From Haplodiscus bocki (lineage: Eukaryota): 64,000 nt of DNA. The stretch's first letter is position 1. The number at the start of each line of letters is the position of its first letter. Shown here piece by piece: positions 1 to 12,964 of the stretch. The stretch lies in contig OZ296653.1 in assembly GCA_965655095.1 (NCBI GenBank), positions 45,818,001-45,882,000 on the forward strand, read 5' to 3'. The position numbers and the translations under genes were made by a program. The notes under the pieces are model-generated. The model did not search any database. It saw only the letters and a list, made by a program, of their open reading frames with translations, and was not told the origin of the DNA.

Positions 1-883
1 GAAATGTACAGAAAAAGACCCAGGTTGTTGTTATATGGTAATCTCGTCTTCTCTTCGAACGTGGGACAGTTGATTGTGCAGTTTTCCAAAACTGGTTCGG
101 TTAAGACTGCGTCCTTGCACCTCTAGGTACGTCTTTGAGTAAACCAGCAAATAGAGCCAAGTTTGTCAACTTGGACAATCTCCATTTTGAGGTCCTTGTT
201 TCTCGGCTGCAAGACTCTAAGACGTCAGTTTTGTTGGGAAAATCTTTTAGCTGTGCCAATTTGTCCCTGTTGCACACAAGTTTGGATCAATCCGGCAGGT
301 TACTGTTTTCGTGTGCGTAAGATTATCTGAATCCTCCATCTTCTATGTTTTTTTTTTAAAATGAACCCAAAAGCTAGGCTCATTTTCGCTGCACAATTAA
401 AGCTGCTGAAGAAATGCTCAATTTCTTTGTCCACAAATTTTACGTTGAGGCTCTTTATAGCATAATTGAAGAATTTTGTCTCGCACGTTCAGTTCAGAAG
501 CTAGGAGGAAATGTTGACGTCAGCGCAATTCATCTTCAAGATTCACATCACCAACTTCGCTGATGATATCGTCCAGATCAACAATTGCTGTTTTGATAAG
601 GAAGCCAAGTTGGGTGGTTTTTTCTTGACGTAAAGCGTAAATTCCTGGAAACTTTTGATAGAAAAGTTTACACTGGATAGTAACGACAGGTTTTGGGGCG
701 CTGTGTTTTTTAGCAATGTGAAAATTCAAGTCATCTTGGGAAGTAGTGGAGAAATTGGGACGTTGGGGTACAATACAAGGTTCCAGCTGAGAATCTCTTC
801 TAGTGCCGTACAATATTGTTTCTTGTGGTTTGGGTACCACATTTTCCACTTGTCATTTTTTCTTTTCGGTTTAATAAAGGCAT
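1..883 (-). pseudogene. N-terminal part of Polinton protein-primed DNA polymerase B ORF (C2H2-like fingers followed by pPolB N-terminal region)
   Basis: ATG at 883; MPLLNRKEK..KCGTQTTRNNIVRH*KR..LYCTQRPNFSTTSQDDLNFHIAKKH (degenerate C2H2); downstream LLKDVP/GCKDAVLTEPVLENCTINC..PYNNNLGLF resembles the LP..L......IN..N.DN.C motif upstream of Polinton pPolB; stops and frameshifts; catalytic domain would lie left of the window. Confidence 0.6.
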
Positions 884-1559
884 TTCGATAATGATTGTTT
901 CACAGAACGATCTGAAACAAACGTGAAGATTGAAGCGAATTCACTGTAACAATGCAAATCAAATATTGGCAAATTTTTTTTAGCAAGTAATTTCAAATTT
1001 TTTCCATATTCGGAAATTTCCATAAAAGGGAAGAGCAACTGTAAAAGGCAAGACTAACCATGAAAGGCAAAACCGCGAGAGCTGTCAATCATTCCGTTTC
1101 ATTTCGAAAATTGACTGTATGTTAAAAAAAACTTTGATTAAAGGGATGATACCGCTTGTCTGTGAAAGCCTTTCATGTGGAGTGATGTGAAAGTTCACCT
1201 AGTATGCTGACAGGTTGTCTGAGAAAATTATTCAAAAGAATTAACCTTCCCAGACAGCGTGTTTGTTAAAATTACTCATGTGGGACAACTTTCCCTTGGT
1301 ACATAGACAACTTGGCTCAAAAAATTACTCAAGTGGAACAAATTTACTTGATATGGAGAAAGTTTGTCTGAGAATTTCAAAATTTTAATTTGTTTGTTTT
1401 GTTTATTTGAGTCTCAACTTTCAATCAAAAAGACTCCATGTGAGGAACAATATTTGATTTTTGTACAGATTGTGTAGTGTAGAAGTTCAAAATTTTCGAT
1501 TCGTGGACTTATCAACATAAGTTCCTGTAGATACCTAGTTAACAAATGAAAGCTTTTAA

Positions 1560-3148
1560 CCACTGAACTTCAACTTCATTTCTAACTATCCGAAAAGATA
1601 TATTAGTATCTGATTTTTTAAAATTCGAAATCCGCATTGTTCTCACCGCTCCACCACCGACAACTTCTTTTTGCAAAATTTACTGACTAAAAGTAATTGA
1701 TGTCTGTCAAAAAGCAAATTACCAATTTGTGCAAACTTTTTTCATCTTACCAAGGAGTACCGTTGGAGTTTTTTGGCCGAAACTGACGTAGATACTTTTT
1801 TACCACAACATTTTTGACATTTCCCAGTCTCATCATCGAATAGTACGTGTTAGCGAAGGTTTCAACAAAAGTTCGTTTACATTCAAGTTGTTCCAATTGT
1901 CCGATTTAAAGACATAGCAGCGTTATATCATCCAGGAAGAAGCTAATATATACAAAAAGAACTCAGTTCTTTGTTCGAGAGTTTGCGCAATTTCGTCAGC
2001 ACTTTTGATACAGCGAGCAAGTGTTTACAAATTCCACTACCGAAACCATAAACTGAGATTGGATCTACAAAGTCAAAAGACAATCCTTTTGCGCAAAATT
2101 CCAACGAAGTCATTGAACATCCAAATACACAAATTTGTTTATCATTGAGTTTTAGAGAAAATAATTCCTGCGTCGTTTTCATCACAAAATTTGAACTGCA
2201 GTGCAATCATTTTATTTTTACAAAAATTGTCAATTTTGACTATCGCCAAATTCGCCATTTCTACAAGAACCGATATTACGTTTCAAACAAGTGTGAAATA
2301 ACTGAGAGAATTCACAATGTGTCGCGCATTCAACCGGATTGTGGGTAAGATAATAGCACTATTAATCTCATTGGGGACGTGTAATGTCCGGATACAAAGT
2401 GTTCGGGTAAACATTGCTGCACAAAAAGCCTTTTCAATCTCTTGGCAGAAGCGATTATCAATATCTACAATGCGCGTCTGTGTGCCAGGTGCGCAATATT
2501 CCTTTTGAAGATCAAATGAATTCCATTTTTTTGGCGTTTGGCCAAGGGGTTTACATTTTTGAAGAGTTTCTAGAATCATTTCAAGAAGTTTTTAGAGTTG
2601 TTTTTTGTCCTGAAAAGTGTTCTTTCAACAGTGAAAAATGCGAATCTCTTGACGGTTATGTAACAACGCCGAGATCCATTCATGGCTTCGGAAAGTGTAA
2701 AGCCTGGTTGTTTGTTCACAAAGTTTTTTTTACCTGACAAGAACACATAAGGGCGACAAAACCAGACAAAACACGCTTTTTCTCTGCTAAAAAGTAGATG
2801 AACGTGTTACCCGATAGACAATTGTTCCCTAATGTCCCATTCCAATCAGCCAAATAAAAGAAGAAAAAAGTATGTGTGGACAACAAAGTAAAAGAGGCTA
2901 TAGGAGATGTGTATTGTCCAACATGTAGAAATAAAAAGTGTGCTTACATTTGAACCAATAGAACGTCTAGTTTCTACGACTGTAAAAGGTGCAAAGCCTG
3001 CTGCCACATTTTGAATATTCTTTTCAAGGACCAAATACCGACAGTTATGTAGTTTGGCGGCGAAAACACGCATTGCTTTGGTAAAAAGACGAGTCATGAC
3101 TACGAAAATGAAAAACCATCGCTTTTTTTGAAGGAGTTTCTCCGCCAT
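1560..3148 (-). pseudogene. Cluster of decayed Polinton accessory ORFs of unknown function
   Basis: Broken minus-strand reading frames (1943-2206, 2283-2579, 2846-3148), some Cys-rich, located between pPolB and the structural block. Confidence 0.4.
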
Positions 3149-3392
3149 TCACAATCAACCACACCCGAAGCTGAGCCAAAAGAAGCAAAAATCCTCCAAT
3201 TTATGGCCTAGTCGTGTCGACTTCCCATTGGTTGACACAGTTAAGCAGCAAATCCTTTCCAGACTCATTTTAGTAACTTTCAGTCTACAATAAAGCAACA
3301 TGATTTCCGCAGTCTCCAATGACGGTATTGAGTAGTCTCTTGATTTTGGACAAGGTTCAGTTACTCTGACTGTAAAAGATCTTGTCCAGGAA

Positions 3393-3830
3393 ATGACAAA
3401 AACTCCCCACGAAAGTCCATTGGCTGCTTATAGGTTGTTGTTGTGTGAAAAACAAGACTTTTTAAACAACCATCTAGCGCGAGTTTCAGTTACTCCTTAC
3501 CAGCAAGGAACACATGAAACGAGGGACGAAGTACTTTCAAACGTAGGTGCACAAAATATTGACACAAGCGGTTATCAGGCTTCTGATCTGGACGATAATG
3601 GTTTTTACTGGGAAAAGGATCAGCTGAGTGTAAACGCTGTCTTTACACCAGGCATTGATACCATCTTATCACCAACAGAGTTTGACGACTTGGAGATGGG
3701 AGGTTCAGCAGGAAACCCCTTTCTGCTCAAAGAGGAGGACAAGGGGAACTCTCCTTCAAAACACCAGTCTCTGAGAGACCAACAAGGCCCCCTGCATTCC
3801 TCAGAAGTTGTCCGTTTGGAACAAGACTAG
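3393..3830 (+). pseudogene. Acidic Polinton accessory ORF, unknown function
   Basis: 145-aa frame rich in D/E (SDLDDNGFYWEKD, TEFDDLEMGG); probably frameshifted at both ends. Confidence 0.4.
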
Positions 3831-4249
3831 AAATTGTTCCTGATTGTGTTTATAGAAATTTGTTTCAATAAACATTACCGTGTTTGTGTTTTAATATAAT
3901 TTTCAATTAACGTATTTCATTTATTCATAACCTTTCTCAAAAATTAATCAGACATGTGTGAGACAGATGCTGTTCTAGTATCGATATCAATACTTTTACT
4001 AGTAGCAGCAAGTTTCTGAATATGTCAAGCCCATACAGCGTATAACGTGGTAAACCATAGCGAAATCAAAATCAAAGTTCTTGCGAAAATGAGTACAAGA
4101 AGTAGTGTTTAACGGTGGCGAATGCCAATATCTAGCTGACGAAGATATTGTGGGCTGTATTTGCATATGGTTTTTTGGAGCAAAACGATGTGAAAAGTAT
4201 ATGTGGTGGGACTAAGTTAGAATTTAAGATTCAAAAGGATGAAAAAAAA

Positions 4250-4385
4250 TGAGTCGAAATCTGACGAGCCGAAAGGTTTTGACTCGAAATCCGACGCGTT
4301 GTAGTTTTTTCAATTCAAAATCTAGCGCATTGTTTCTTTTCAAAATCAAAATCCGACGCCCTGGGTTTTTTTCCAAACTCAAAGT
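4250..4385. repeat. Degenerate ~30-33 bp tandem repeat (AAATCCGACGCG core) in Polinton intergenic DNA
   Basis: aaatctgacgag, aaatccgacgcg, aaatctagcgca, aaatccgacgcc recur at ~30-33 bp spacing. Confidence 0.6.
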
Positions 4386-5274
4386 ATGATTTCTAAATCG
4401 TGTTGTCAGATTCTGGCTGAATTATCATGTACATTATCAGTATCAAAGGACAATTTGTTCGAAACTGACAACGACTGTGATCAAAAAGCTTTTTTATGAG
4501 CGTGCAGAATGTGTTTGCCTCACATTTGTTATTGTTTTTTTCCTATTGCGTTCTTTATGGCAATTGGAATTTTGATGGGTGTGATGACATTAACATTTGC
4601 AATACCAAGCGATTAAATAAAAATCTGATTGGAGTTCAAATAATGGTTTTCTCAGAAAGATTTCATTTTGAAAGATACTAAATTACTAGTATAATAAACA
4701 TGTCCATCTAGAAAACAATCTGTATATTTTATCACTTCTAATTCGAATTTAGTCTTCTTAAAATTTTCGATTCTGTCTGCAAAGACTGATACTTTATTCT
4801 GCCTCGACTGTTTAACGTTTCCTATTAGTACAATGTGATATCTACATTTGGGTAGGAACCACATCCTCTCAGCGTGGCGGGTGGTATATCATTCTTCACT
4901 CCTAATGTATTTTCCGTATGTGTTTGCAGAAATAAGAAGAATGTTTTCTGAATAAGTTGTTCAGAAACTGGGAATCACTTTTAACATTACAGCTGCCATC
5001 TGATTGTTGAGTCGTTTTCTCATCAATTGAATCTGAAAAACAAAGCATTTTACTTTTTGTACAAACCTCCAAAAAAGAAAGGTTCCATGTATGGGAATGT
5101 CACGTCACAATAACCAAAAAAGTAAAGATTTTCCTTATATGGAAATGTCAGGTTACAAGGACCAAAAAGAAGCATATAAAAACAACAGCTTCTACGTCGT
5201 ATATCATTCTTAATCTTTCATCGTCAGAAAATATTCTTTTCTTTTCAGCTACCAGCGTGCTATTTCCTTCACCT

Positions 5275-5860
5275 ATGGCATACAAAACTACTGCTTGCTT
5301 GGGCAAGTTAACTTGTACCGATTATGTGGAGTTTGGAAAATTTCAAGACAGATTTGGTCGAATTTTTTGGTCTAAAATTGACTCCAACTACTTGGATGTT
5401 AAACTAAAGGTGTTCAAGAGAGACGGTAACATAGACTTTCGCCTGGTCCAAATTCTTACAATATGAGAAGCAGCTTTCAACCGGTTCAAACGATCAAAGT
5501 ATGAGCTGGTTATTGCAGCTGAAGACTTTGGTAGATAGGCAAAGTTTTCAACAATGCTGATACCAACGAGGTCCAAAGACATGGATGAACAACTGAAATT
5601 GGCTCACAAGGTGATTGACGTAGTGGACCAAGAAAATAGATAGATTTGTGTGACTCTGATGCGGTACAATGTGGAAAAGCAATAGAGTTCATATGCTCAA
5701 GTCCGATTACTTGCAAAGAAGAAGGAGAGAAGTTTCGAGAAATTGTTTCAGTGAATTAGAAACTTGAAGAGTTTATCTTTATACTTGATGTAATGGATTC
5801 CGTACCAGACAAAGTTCTTACTAATAAACCCATTTGCAATTTCCTACAAAAAAATTGCAA
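5275..5860 (+). pseudogene. Polinton accessory ORF, possibly tandem PC4-like ssDNA-binding domains
   Basis: MAYKTTACLGKLTCTDYVEFG..YLDVKLKVFKRD..FRLVQILTI*EAAFNRF and a second similar half (ICVTLMRYNVEK..YAQVRL..LEEFI); beta-rich then helix pattern recalls PC4; TATA at ~5176. Confidence 0.4.
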
Positions 5861-6009
5861 CTCTTTACGTCTTATCATTTTTCTTTAGTTGTAACATTGG
5901 AGATATTAGAAAGCTAGTTCTCAAGCTGACAACAAAATTGGGACTTTATCATATTGTACTTACAACTCCGAAAAATTCTGCCAAAAATCATACACTAACT
6001 GCAGCCGAA

Positions 6010-6336
6010 ATGAAGCAATTACCAGAAATCGAAAAAATTGATTCCAAAAAGGAAGTTTCCTGTCAAAAACGCACAATATACAATGGAAGACGAAAAAGTG
6101 TAAACTTCAAGGCTGATACAGACAACCTCAATATTGTCGCGTACCGTTACCGAAACAATTTGTACCCCAACAATAATGAAATTGTTGTGAAATTGACAGA
6201 ATACCAGTCACTGTTGGTGAAACGAGTTTACCAATTGAGTTACAGTGACTTATTTTTCAATCGGTGCATTGTACTGGACGAAACAACTGTTCATAAGGAA
6301 AACAATCACCGTCAGGAATGGATGTTCTCTTTCTAA
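6010..6336 (+). CDS. Polinton accessory ORF (possible PC4-like)
   Basis: Open frame MKQLPEIEK..LNIVAYRY..EIVVKLTEYQSLL. Confidence 0.3.
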   Translation: MKQLPEIEKIDSKKEVSCQKRTIYNGRRKSVNFKADTDNLNIVAYRYRNNLYPNNNEIVVKLTEYQSLLVKRVYQLSYSDLFFNRCIVLDETTVHKENNHRQEWMFSF

Positions 6337-6725
6337 CGAGCATTTTCCGATTGTCTCCGGGCTTAAAATCGTCTTTTGAACACGATGGTGCTCGTAAAAA
6401 ACCCTTTTTTTATATGCAAATTTCTGTTGGCATTCTAGATTTTCTTTAGTTGAGATGGACCCAAAAATTTATATTTAGTGGAACTATTGGTTAAGGTGAC
6501 ACCTACTTGGAGTTCTTATTTCGTCATTTCAAAGTTTTTGGACTCAATGCATTACTCCATGATGCTGCTGGAGCATTGAGGGCACATAGAAGCAAAAGTT
6601 GTGGTTTTTGGTACATGATTGGACCAGGACCAAATTCAAGTTTGCTTGGTCACGTGACTGGCCTACTCTTTTGCCGTTATGTAAAATTCTTTCTGCGACC
6701 CATTTCCTATTCTGTCGACTTTTGA
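6318..6725 (+). pseudogene. Putative phospholipase A2-like (PLA2X-type) accessory gene
   Basis: GLNALLHDAAG (HD dyad in a helix) followed by GxWYMIGPGP; 5' half broken. Confidence 0.35.
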
Positions 6726-6731
6726 AGCAGT

Positions 6732-7110
6732 ATGTCTTGCATTGTACTAGATATTGAGCTGGCAGATGAAAACGTTATAAAGGAGTTGGGAATTTTTGTT
6801 AATGGGAATGTTCAGAGATACTCATTTCGTCCTCCTACGAAAAACAAACCCACAATGCAAAAAGTTTGGTGCTCAAGAAATGTGCACGGAATTTTGTGGA
6901 GCATGGGACGTTTGCATTACAGTGAGCTTCCTATCAATCTTCCTAGAGATGTAGAGGGTGAATATTTAGCAACAGCAACAGAAAAATGCAAGCTTTTTGC
7001 ATGTTTAATGGATAAATACGTGGAAAACTTGGAAGATCATGGCTGACCCAAAGATCAAGATCTCGTTGAAGAATAGTGGATTTGCTCGAGTTACCCATTC
7101 AGACACAAGA
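6732..7110 (+). pseudogene. DEDD-family 3'-5' exonuclease-like protein of Polintons
   Basis: VLDIE..IKELG..HGILWSMG..Y..L..EK..VENLEDHG(C)P pattern. Confidence 0.6.
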
Positions 7111-7117
7111 CCAGACA

Positions 7118-8040
7118 ATGAACAGTTATTTCTTACAAAAAATATCGCGTCTTTGTATTGTTGGTCGTTCGGTCCGTCTGAGACGGGCAAAACACATTTT
7201 ATTTACAACTGGATCAAAGTTGGATTGTTTCAACATCAGTTTGACAAAATATACTTTTTTATCAACACTCGCAACAAATTTACGATGTTATTGAGAAAAA
7301 CTGAGAATCTCGAGTTTGTTCAAGGTGTAAATTTTGAACTTAGTTCAAAAATTTTTAAAAAACAGCCCTACAACGCACTTGTTAATCTTGGACGATTCAA
7401 AAGAAGATGTTTGCAATTCAAAAGCGTTGGTTGATATTGCTACTGCTGGAGGACATCGTCGATTGAGTCCTGTTTACAAAAAGGACTGTTTGTTTCATCA
7501 AAGGAAACTTGGGCGAGACGTTGAGCCGTTGAGCTCCAGAACAAGCACAATGTTCGCTTCGAATCTCCTTGTGACGTGATGCAGTTCAACGCACTCAGTG
7601 CCTAGTTGGGCCCCGGATTGAAGCTAGTTGATCGCTATCAAGGCGAAACGTCTGTACCCTACGGTCATTTGTTGACTGATTTGTCGCTTCGAAGAGGCGA
7701 TCGATTACGTTATTGTACAAACACCGGATGCATTCCCTCAAAGTTTCATATCCCGGACCGGATGAAACCAGCAAAATTTTTGATCAAAGAATACACAGAA
7801 TTTCTCTACTCTACAAGTGTTCCAATCAATTTCCCACAAATGCAGAAGCCATTTCCTTCAGTGCATAGTAAATCTTCTCAAAGGGAACCTGCAAAGTATA
7901 ACAAGACACACGTGACAAAGTTTCAAAACCAAGTTCAGTTGCTCTCTCTGGAAAAAATCACTCGGAAGCAAAGAAGGGACGTTCTCGTGTCTGAAAAAGG
8001 CCTACAACTCATAAAATCATTACTCCTCCCGTCATTAGCC
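7118..8040 (+). pseudogene. A32/FtsK-like DNA packaging ATPase
   Basis: Walker A GPSETGKT, FDKIYFF, Walker B LLILDDS, ATAGGHRRLS (GRH motif), PYGHLLTDLS; several frameshifts. Confidence 0.85.
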
Positions 8041-8052
8041 ATTTGTCTTGAC

Positions 8053-8467
8053 ATGGAACAGTTTGTCCTCGTTCCTGCTTCTGTAAACAACAACAAGTGT
8101 TTGAATACTCAGACAGTTACAAAGCCGGAGCTTCCAAAGTATCAGGTTGAATCCCAAAATCCCACGTACCAAATTGTTTCGCTCAAAAAGGAAATAAACG
8201 AAAAGCTGCTTGCCAAAGCAGACCATCTTGTCGACAAACTTCTATGTTGTCCTCATATAAAGCTCTCAAATTCGCAGACTTTAATATTGGATGATGTGCA
8301 AACTGGAGTTTGTCTGTCAGACGTTGCTGAACAACATCGACGTAACAACGCAGACGTTACAGACATTTACTACTTTACTTGACGCTGCTGGTATATCTGA
8401 AACTTTGGTTCTGAATCAAAATACCAAAGCCAAAGAAAGAGAGAAAAAAGGGTCCCTTTCAAAATAA
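8053..8467 (+). pseudogene. Conserved-looking Polinton ORF between ATPase and integrase
   Basis: MEQFVLVPASV..LVDKLLCCPHIKLSNSQTLILDD..; frameshift near 8380. Confidence 0.45.
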
Positions 8468-8469
8468 GA

Positions 8470-9363
8470 ACGTCAGAAGCTGCAAAGGTTGTACACTCAA
8501 TGCCATGCTACTAATGGTTCTGTGCGCAATCTAGTGAAAGCTAGCAATCTGTCAGTATCAAAGGTGAGACAATTTTTGCATTCAAAATATTTTTGTTACA
8601 CAATTTACTCTTGCCACCCGTAAATTCAGGAGAATGAAGGCTCCTGCTAGATTCAAAAATGATATTTTGTGTAAGGACTTAGCATACGTTGATAAACTAG
8701 CCACAGATAATAACGGTGTCAAGCATGTTCTAGTTCGTCAAGACCTGTTTGAGAGAACCGTAGATGCAAGAGGAATGAAGACAAAAAATTCCAGGGGAAC
8801 AGTTCGTGCATTTTTGACCAAGATTACAAAAAAGAATCGACCCCAAAAAATTTGGGTCGACAAGGGAACAGAACTTGCTGGAGAGTTTGAAAAACTATCC
8901 AAAGCTGAAGGAATACAAAGTTACTCTACAATGAGTCAGACCAAGGCTGCATTTACTCAAGGCACAATACGATCACTGAAAACTATACTTTACCGCTACA
9001 GTAAAGATAATGGATACAAGTATATTCACAAATGGACTCAATTCGTTACAAAACTGAACTCTAGATGGAACAGCTCGATAGACTTGATACCAAAAAATTG
9101 TTAAAAAATCCGACTTTTTGTCCATTCTGTACAGCAGACCACTATGAGAGTTTAAAAAACCCAAGTCCAAAGTTGGAGACAGAGTTCGCATTTCGAAGTA
9201 TGATTTACGTCTCAGGAAGGGCTGTAAACGACAGTGTACACAAGAACTTTTCCAAATTGCTGCAATTTCTTTCAAGAAATCTCCAACATACACAATAAAA
9301 GACGAACAGGACGAGATTTTCCATGGTAATTTTTATCAGAAATAGTTGATCAAAGTCATTTAA
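8470..9363 (+). pseudogene. Retroviral-like (rve/c-integrase) DDE integrase
   Basis: CKDLAYVDKL..VLVRQDLFERTV, IWVDKGTELAGEF, QGTIRSLK (degenerate ERxxRxLK), C-terminal KVGDRVRISKY..RKG..YTIKDEQDE. Confidence 0.9.
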
Positions 9364-9364
9364 C

Positions 9365-10170
9365 AAAGGAATCATTCACAAAACAGTTGGCTTTTAATGC
9401 CTTTGCACAAAGTTTTCCCGACTACACACTCAGTTCTCTTACAAGCTTTTTACCGGAACAACTGAATCTGGAATGTGAAAGGTAGGTTGTAATTTCGCAA
9501 ATATCCTAACCATCAGTGTACCAAAAATTTACAGAGGGAAAGTTCATGTTTTTTGACCAGAAACTTTCATAGTTGTCAGATTTCTACTAACTGGAGCCTG
9601 GTCCATACCCTTGCATTACGGATATTGTTGGAGCTATGAACAATCTCATTCAGGAAAGACCCAACCAGAGCGAAAGCTGTATCACATTTAAAGCGTCTGG
9701 AAGAACTCAAAAAGTTGAGATTCTACCTTGCAAAAGCAGGATCTGGTCTCGCAATTTTTATTATGGACCTGGAAAACATTTCGGAAGTAATATTGGTAAA
9801 GAATTCGGAGTGATGCTGAGAGAAAAATATCCTCACAAACCAAAAGTCGCTTACGACATTGTCTGCATACACTCTCTCTTCATGAACACGGACTTTATTG
9901 AACACAATATCGTTAGCGACACGAAGGCCCCGTTGCTGCGTTGTTTTCCTTCTATTTCACAGCTCAAGGATGGACACATAATAACTACGACGCATTACAT
10001 GAACTAGCTGACCTTTAGTAGTTTACAGATCATACCGGTGCTCAAAAAATCTTTTCACAGTATTCACATTGACTTGAGAGATACGAGCGGTGAAAAAATA
10101 CCTCTTGTATGTGTCGGTGTCACTCGTTTTCTCTTGATGTTCAAAAAAGCCTCCAACATTCATTTCTTAC
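9365..10170 (+). pseudogene. Minor capsid (penton-like) protein
   Basis: SF..L..NA....FPDYTLSSLTSFLPEQLNLE..*VVISQIS*PS N-terminal motif; TDFIEHNIVSDTKAPLLR and FHSIHIDLRDTSGEKIP C-terminal motifs. Confidence 0.75.
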
Positions 10171-10187
10171 ATAAAAGGTGTCATGAG

Positions 10188-10549
10188 ATGGTTGCTTCAA
10201 AACAAATAGAGATTCCATTCTATAGAAGTGTTGGCCGACAACGTGGACATGGATTCGGTGCACTTGCACAAGTTATTGGTCGAACTTCAATTGAATATTT
10301 CCGTAAGTATATCGTCTCAGCTGCAAAAGGCGTAGTTGCCGACTTGTTGGATTTTGCTACTCCAGTAATTGCACTGGTTGCTAATGGTAAAAAAATTCGA
10401 AACAGCTGCAAAGAGTGGGAAGACCAACTTTGAGAAAACAGTTGGGTAGTGGTAGCAGGAAAAAGACTGGAAGTAGATTCATTCCAACAAAATCTGCAAA
10501 AGAAATCAGTGAATCGCGAAGTCACATTTTCACAAACATTCCCCATTAA
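10188..10549 (+). pseudogene. Basic virion core-like protein with QRGxGFG motif
   Basis: FYRSVGRQRGHGFGALAQVIGR followed by an amphipathic helix; position between penton and hexon. Confidence 0.6.
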
Positions 10550-11905
10550 TCTTTTCGAGCAAACTTCGTTACCAACTTTTTGTCGCAGTTTCTGAAAATC
10601 TTGGAGGGAAAGTCCCAATAGTTGACAATGTGTTGTCCCACGAGCCAAAAATTTATCCTACTACCTCGCTCGATGAAAACTGCATAGAGTTTGAATTTCA
10701 AAGAGATCGGAACTACTATTTTGATTTAAGACAGACTTGGTTTTGAAGCTGAACGTTGTCAAGGGTCATGGCTATGAGACATACAAAACCAAAGAAATGA
10801 AAAAAGAGCCCACAAAAAGAAGCAAATCGGATGAAGAAGCGACTGAGGATGAGAAACATGAGGCTGCAGTTCTTCTCTTTACTCAAGTGAATAACAATTT
10901 TTTGCACTCAATTTTTTCCAATGTTGAAGTGTACCTCAACAACCAGCAAATTTACAACTTTAACGAATTGTATGAGCACAGACTTTACACTTCTAACAAA
11001 CTGAATGGGGCTATCTCTGAATACAAAGGTGTTTTTCACTTCGAGTGGTACGACTATAAAAAAACTTCCCGATTAAATTACAGAAACGCCTTTGTTTCAA
11101 GCTTTTTTATAAGGAGAAGGAAAATACTTAGGAGACCCGATGGCTTCATGTTGTATGGTAATTTGGGGGTTGAATTTTTCTCCACTTCTGAATTGCTAAA
11201 TCCAATTTTGAAAATTAGGCTACGACTAATCACAGCCAGACCTAATTTCTACATGATTAACGACAACCCCAACCTTAGTCTTGGAATTCTTGATTCTTCG
11301 CATTACACTCGTCGTATTACCCTCAAGGCTGATCATCACAAGAAACGAATGGACATGCTGGCTGATACCGCTGTGGAGGTCAACTATCTGTAAACTCTTG
11401 CAAAGACTTTCATCCTTCCTGTCAGACAAAACCAGTTCATTCGAGAAAAAATTTTCGACAATGCTTCAGTTAATCAGATTGCTATTGCAATGAATACAAA
11501 TCTTGCGTTCACTGGATCATACACTGAGAATCCATTATGGTATCAAAAAGTTGATCTCAGACAAATGAGAATACTCAGAAGAGATCAGCCAATCATAGAC
11601 TGTGATGCTGCTGATAATTGCCGCCTTCATGTTACGACAATGGAAGCAATGAACTTTCAAGGTGATATACCCTCAATCCCAATTGATAATTTCAAAGACC
11701 ACTATGTACTAGTGTTTGATTTGACTTTGATGCAAGATGCTACTGAAAATTGTCATTACTCAGAATTAATTGGAGAACCACTGAGCCTGGAGCTAAAAAT
11801 TACTTTACGTTTCCTCAAAAACACGTAATTGAACTCATTGTAATGGGAGAACGAATGTCTTCGGTTGCAATTGACAAGTTTGGTGTTGTTGGAAAAAATA
11901 TCTGA
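10540..11905 (+). pseudogene. Major capsid protein (double jelly-roll, hexon-like)
   Basis: IYPTTSLDENCIEFEF..YFDL, NNFLHSIFSNVEVYLNNQQI, AFTGSYTENPLWYQ, HYVLVFDLT, C-terminal ELIVMGERMSSVAIDKFG; frameshifted. Confidence 0.85.
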
Positions 11906-11906
11906 A

Positions 11907-12290
11907 ATGGATAATGTTTCTTTGCAGCAAAAAATCAAGCGTATCCCAATACTCACGTCCGGTACCGTGGTTCATTTTCCTCTAACTATGTTCCGACTCT
12001 TGACAATGACACTTTTGCCATTTTAAATACGCAACCCGTCAATATGCAGGGTGAGCTTTGGATAATGATTGCAAATTCTCGTCAAATATTGTTTTTTTTG
12101 GAAGCTCCCATGGTCGTATGATGTACAATTTTCTCAAGCCGAAAAATGGAACGATGATCTCAGAACCACTACAGTCACATCCCAGCGTTTGCAATATCTG
12201 CACGATAAATGCAGCTTCCTTTTTTTTAAAATTCCGACAACAAGAAATTACAGGTTTTCATGATGTTAGTGTACTCTGATTCCTATTTAA
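11907..12290 (+). pseudogene. Adenain-like cysteine protease (capsid maturation)
   Basis: YRGSFSS..ILNTQP..QGELWIMIA (GEHW with His lost), FFGSSHG, LQSHPSVCNIC; frameshifts. Confidence 0.75.
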
Positions 12291-12639
12291 TTAGGTTAAT
12301 TATTTCAATTTTTCTAGTGTAAATGTGCAGGTTATACAATGTGTTTGCTATTAATTGCACGCTCTAGGTAACTTTTTGAAACATTGATACAATTTTATTC
12401 CATATCTTTTAGTCATATCGGTATCTGCTGGCGTGAAACGAGGTGGCAGTATTTCATTTCATGGTTGGTGTTTGCTTTTATGGCTGGCTTTTCCTTTTAT
12501 GATCTTTCGATGTATGGTATATCGTAGTGGATATTACTCGCTACACATTTTCGGCCATTCTTATTCAAGTTGTTACAATCTGTACGTTAATTTGAGATTA
12601 GGCCGTTAAGCTAATATTCTGCAGGCATCACCGAGGTAT

Positions 12640-12750
12640 ATCCTATATTAACACATTATCGAACTATACCTTATTTTAATACATTATCGAATTATACCCT
12701 ATCTTAATACGTTACCGAACTAAACCCTATCTAATTACATTGCCGAAGCA
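12640..12750. repeat. ~28-bp tandem repeat x4 in Polinton subterminal region
   Basis: cctatattaacacattatcgaactata / ccttattttaatacattatcgaattata / ccctatcttaatacgttaccgaactaaa / ccctatctaattacattgccgaagc. Confidence 0.8.
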
Positions 12751-12964
12751 TCTTTTCACAAAACATTCAGTCACAACAATTTCCGCATGCATTATAACTA
12801 GTCCGCGCCGTCATAATTATCCGCGGGAAAGGGCCTCCAAGAAAAAATCAGTTTAAAAATTCTTTTTTCGAAAAAGTCTCACAGTGCCGAAAATGAGCCC
12901 ACTCCCCATCGCTATATATATTGCTGAACAGACTCGGCTTGTGTCCAAAACCAGAAAATTGTCG

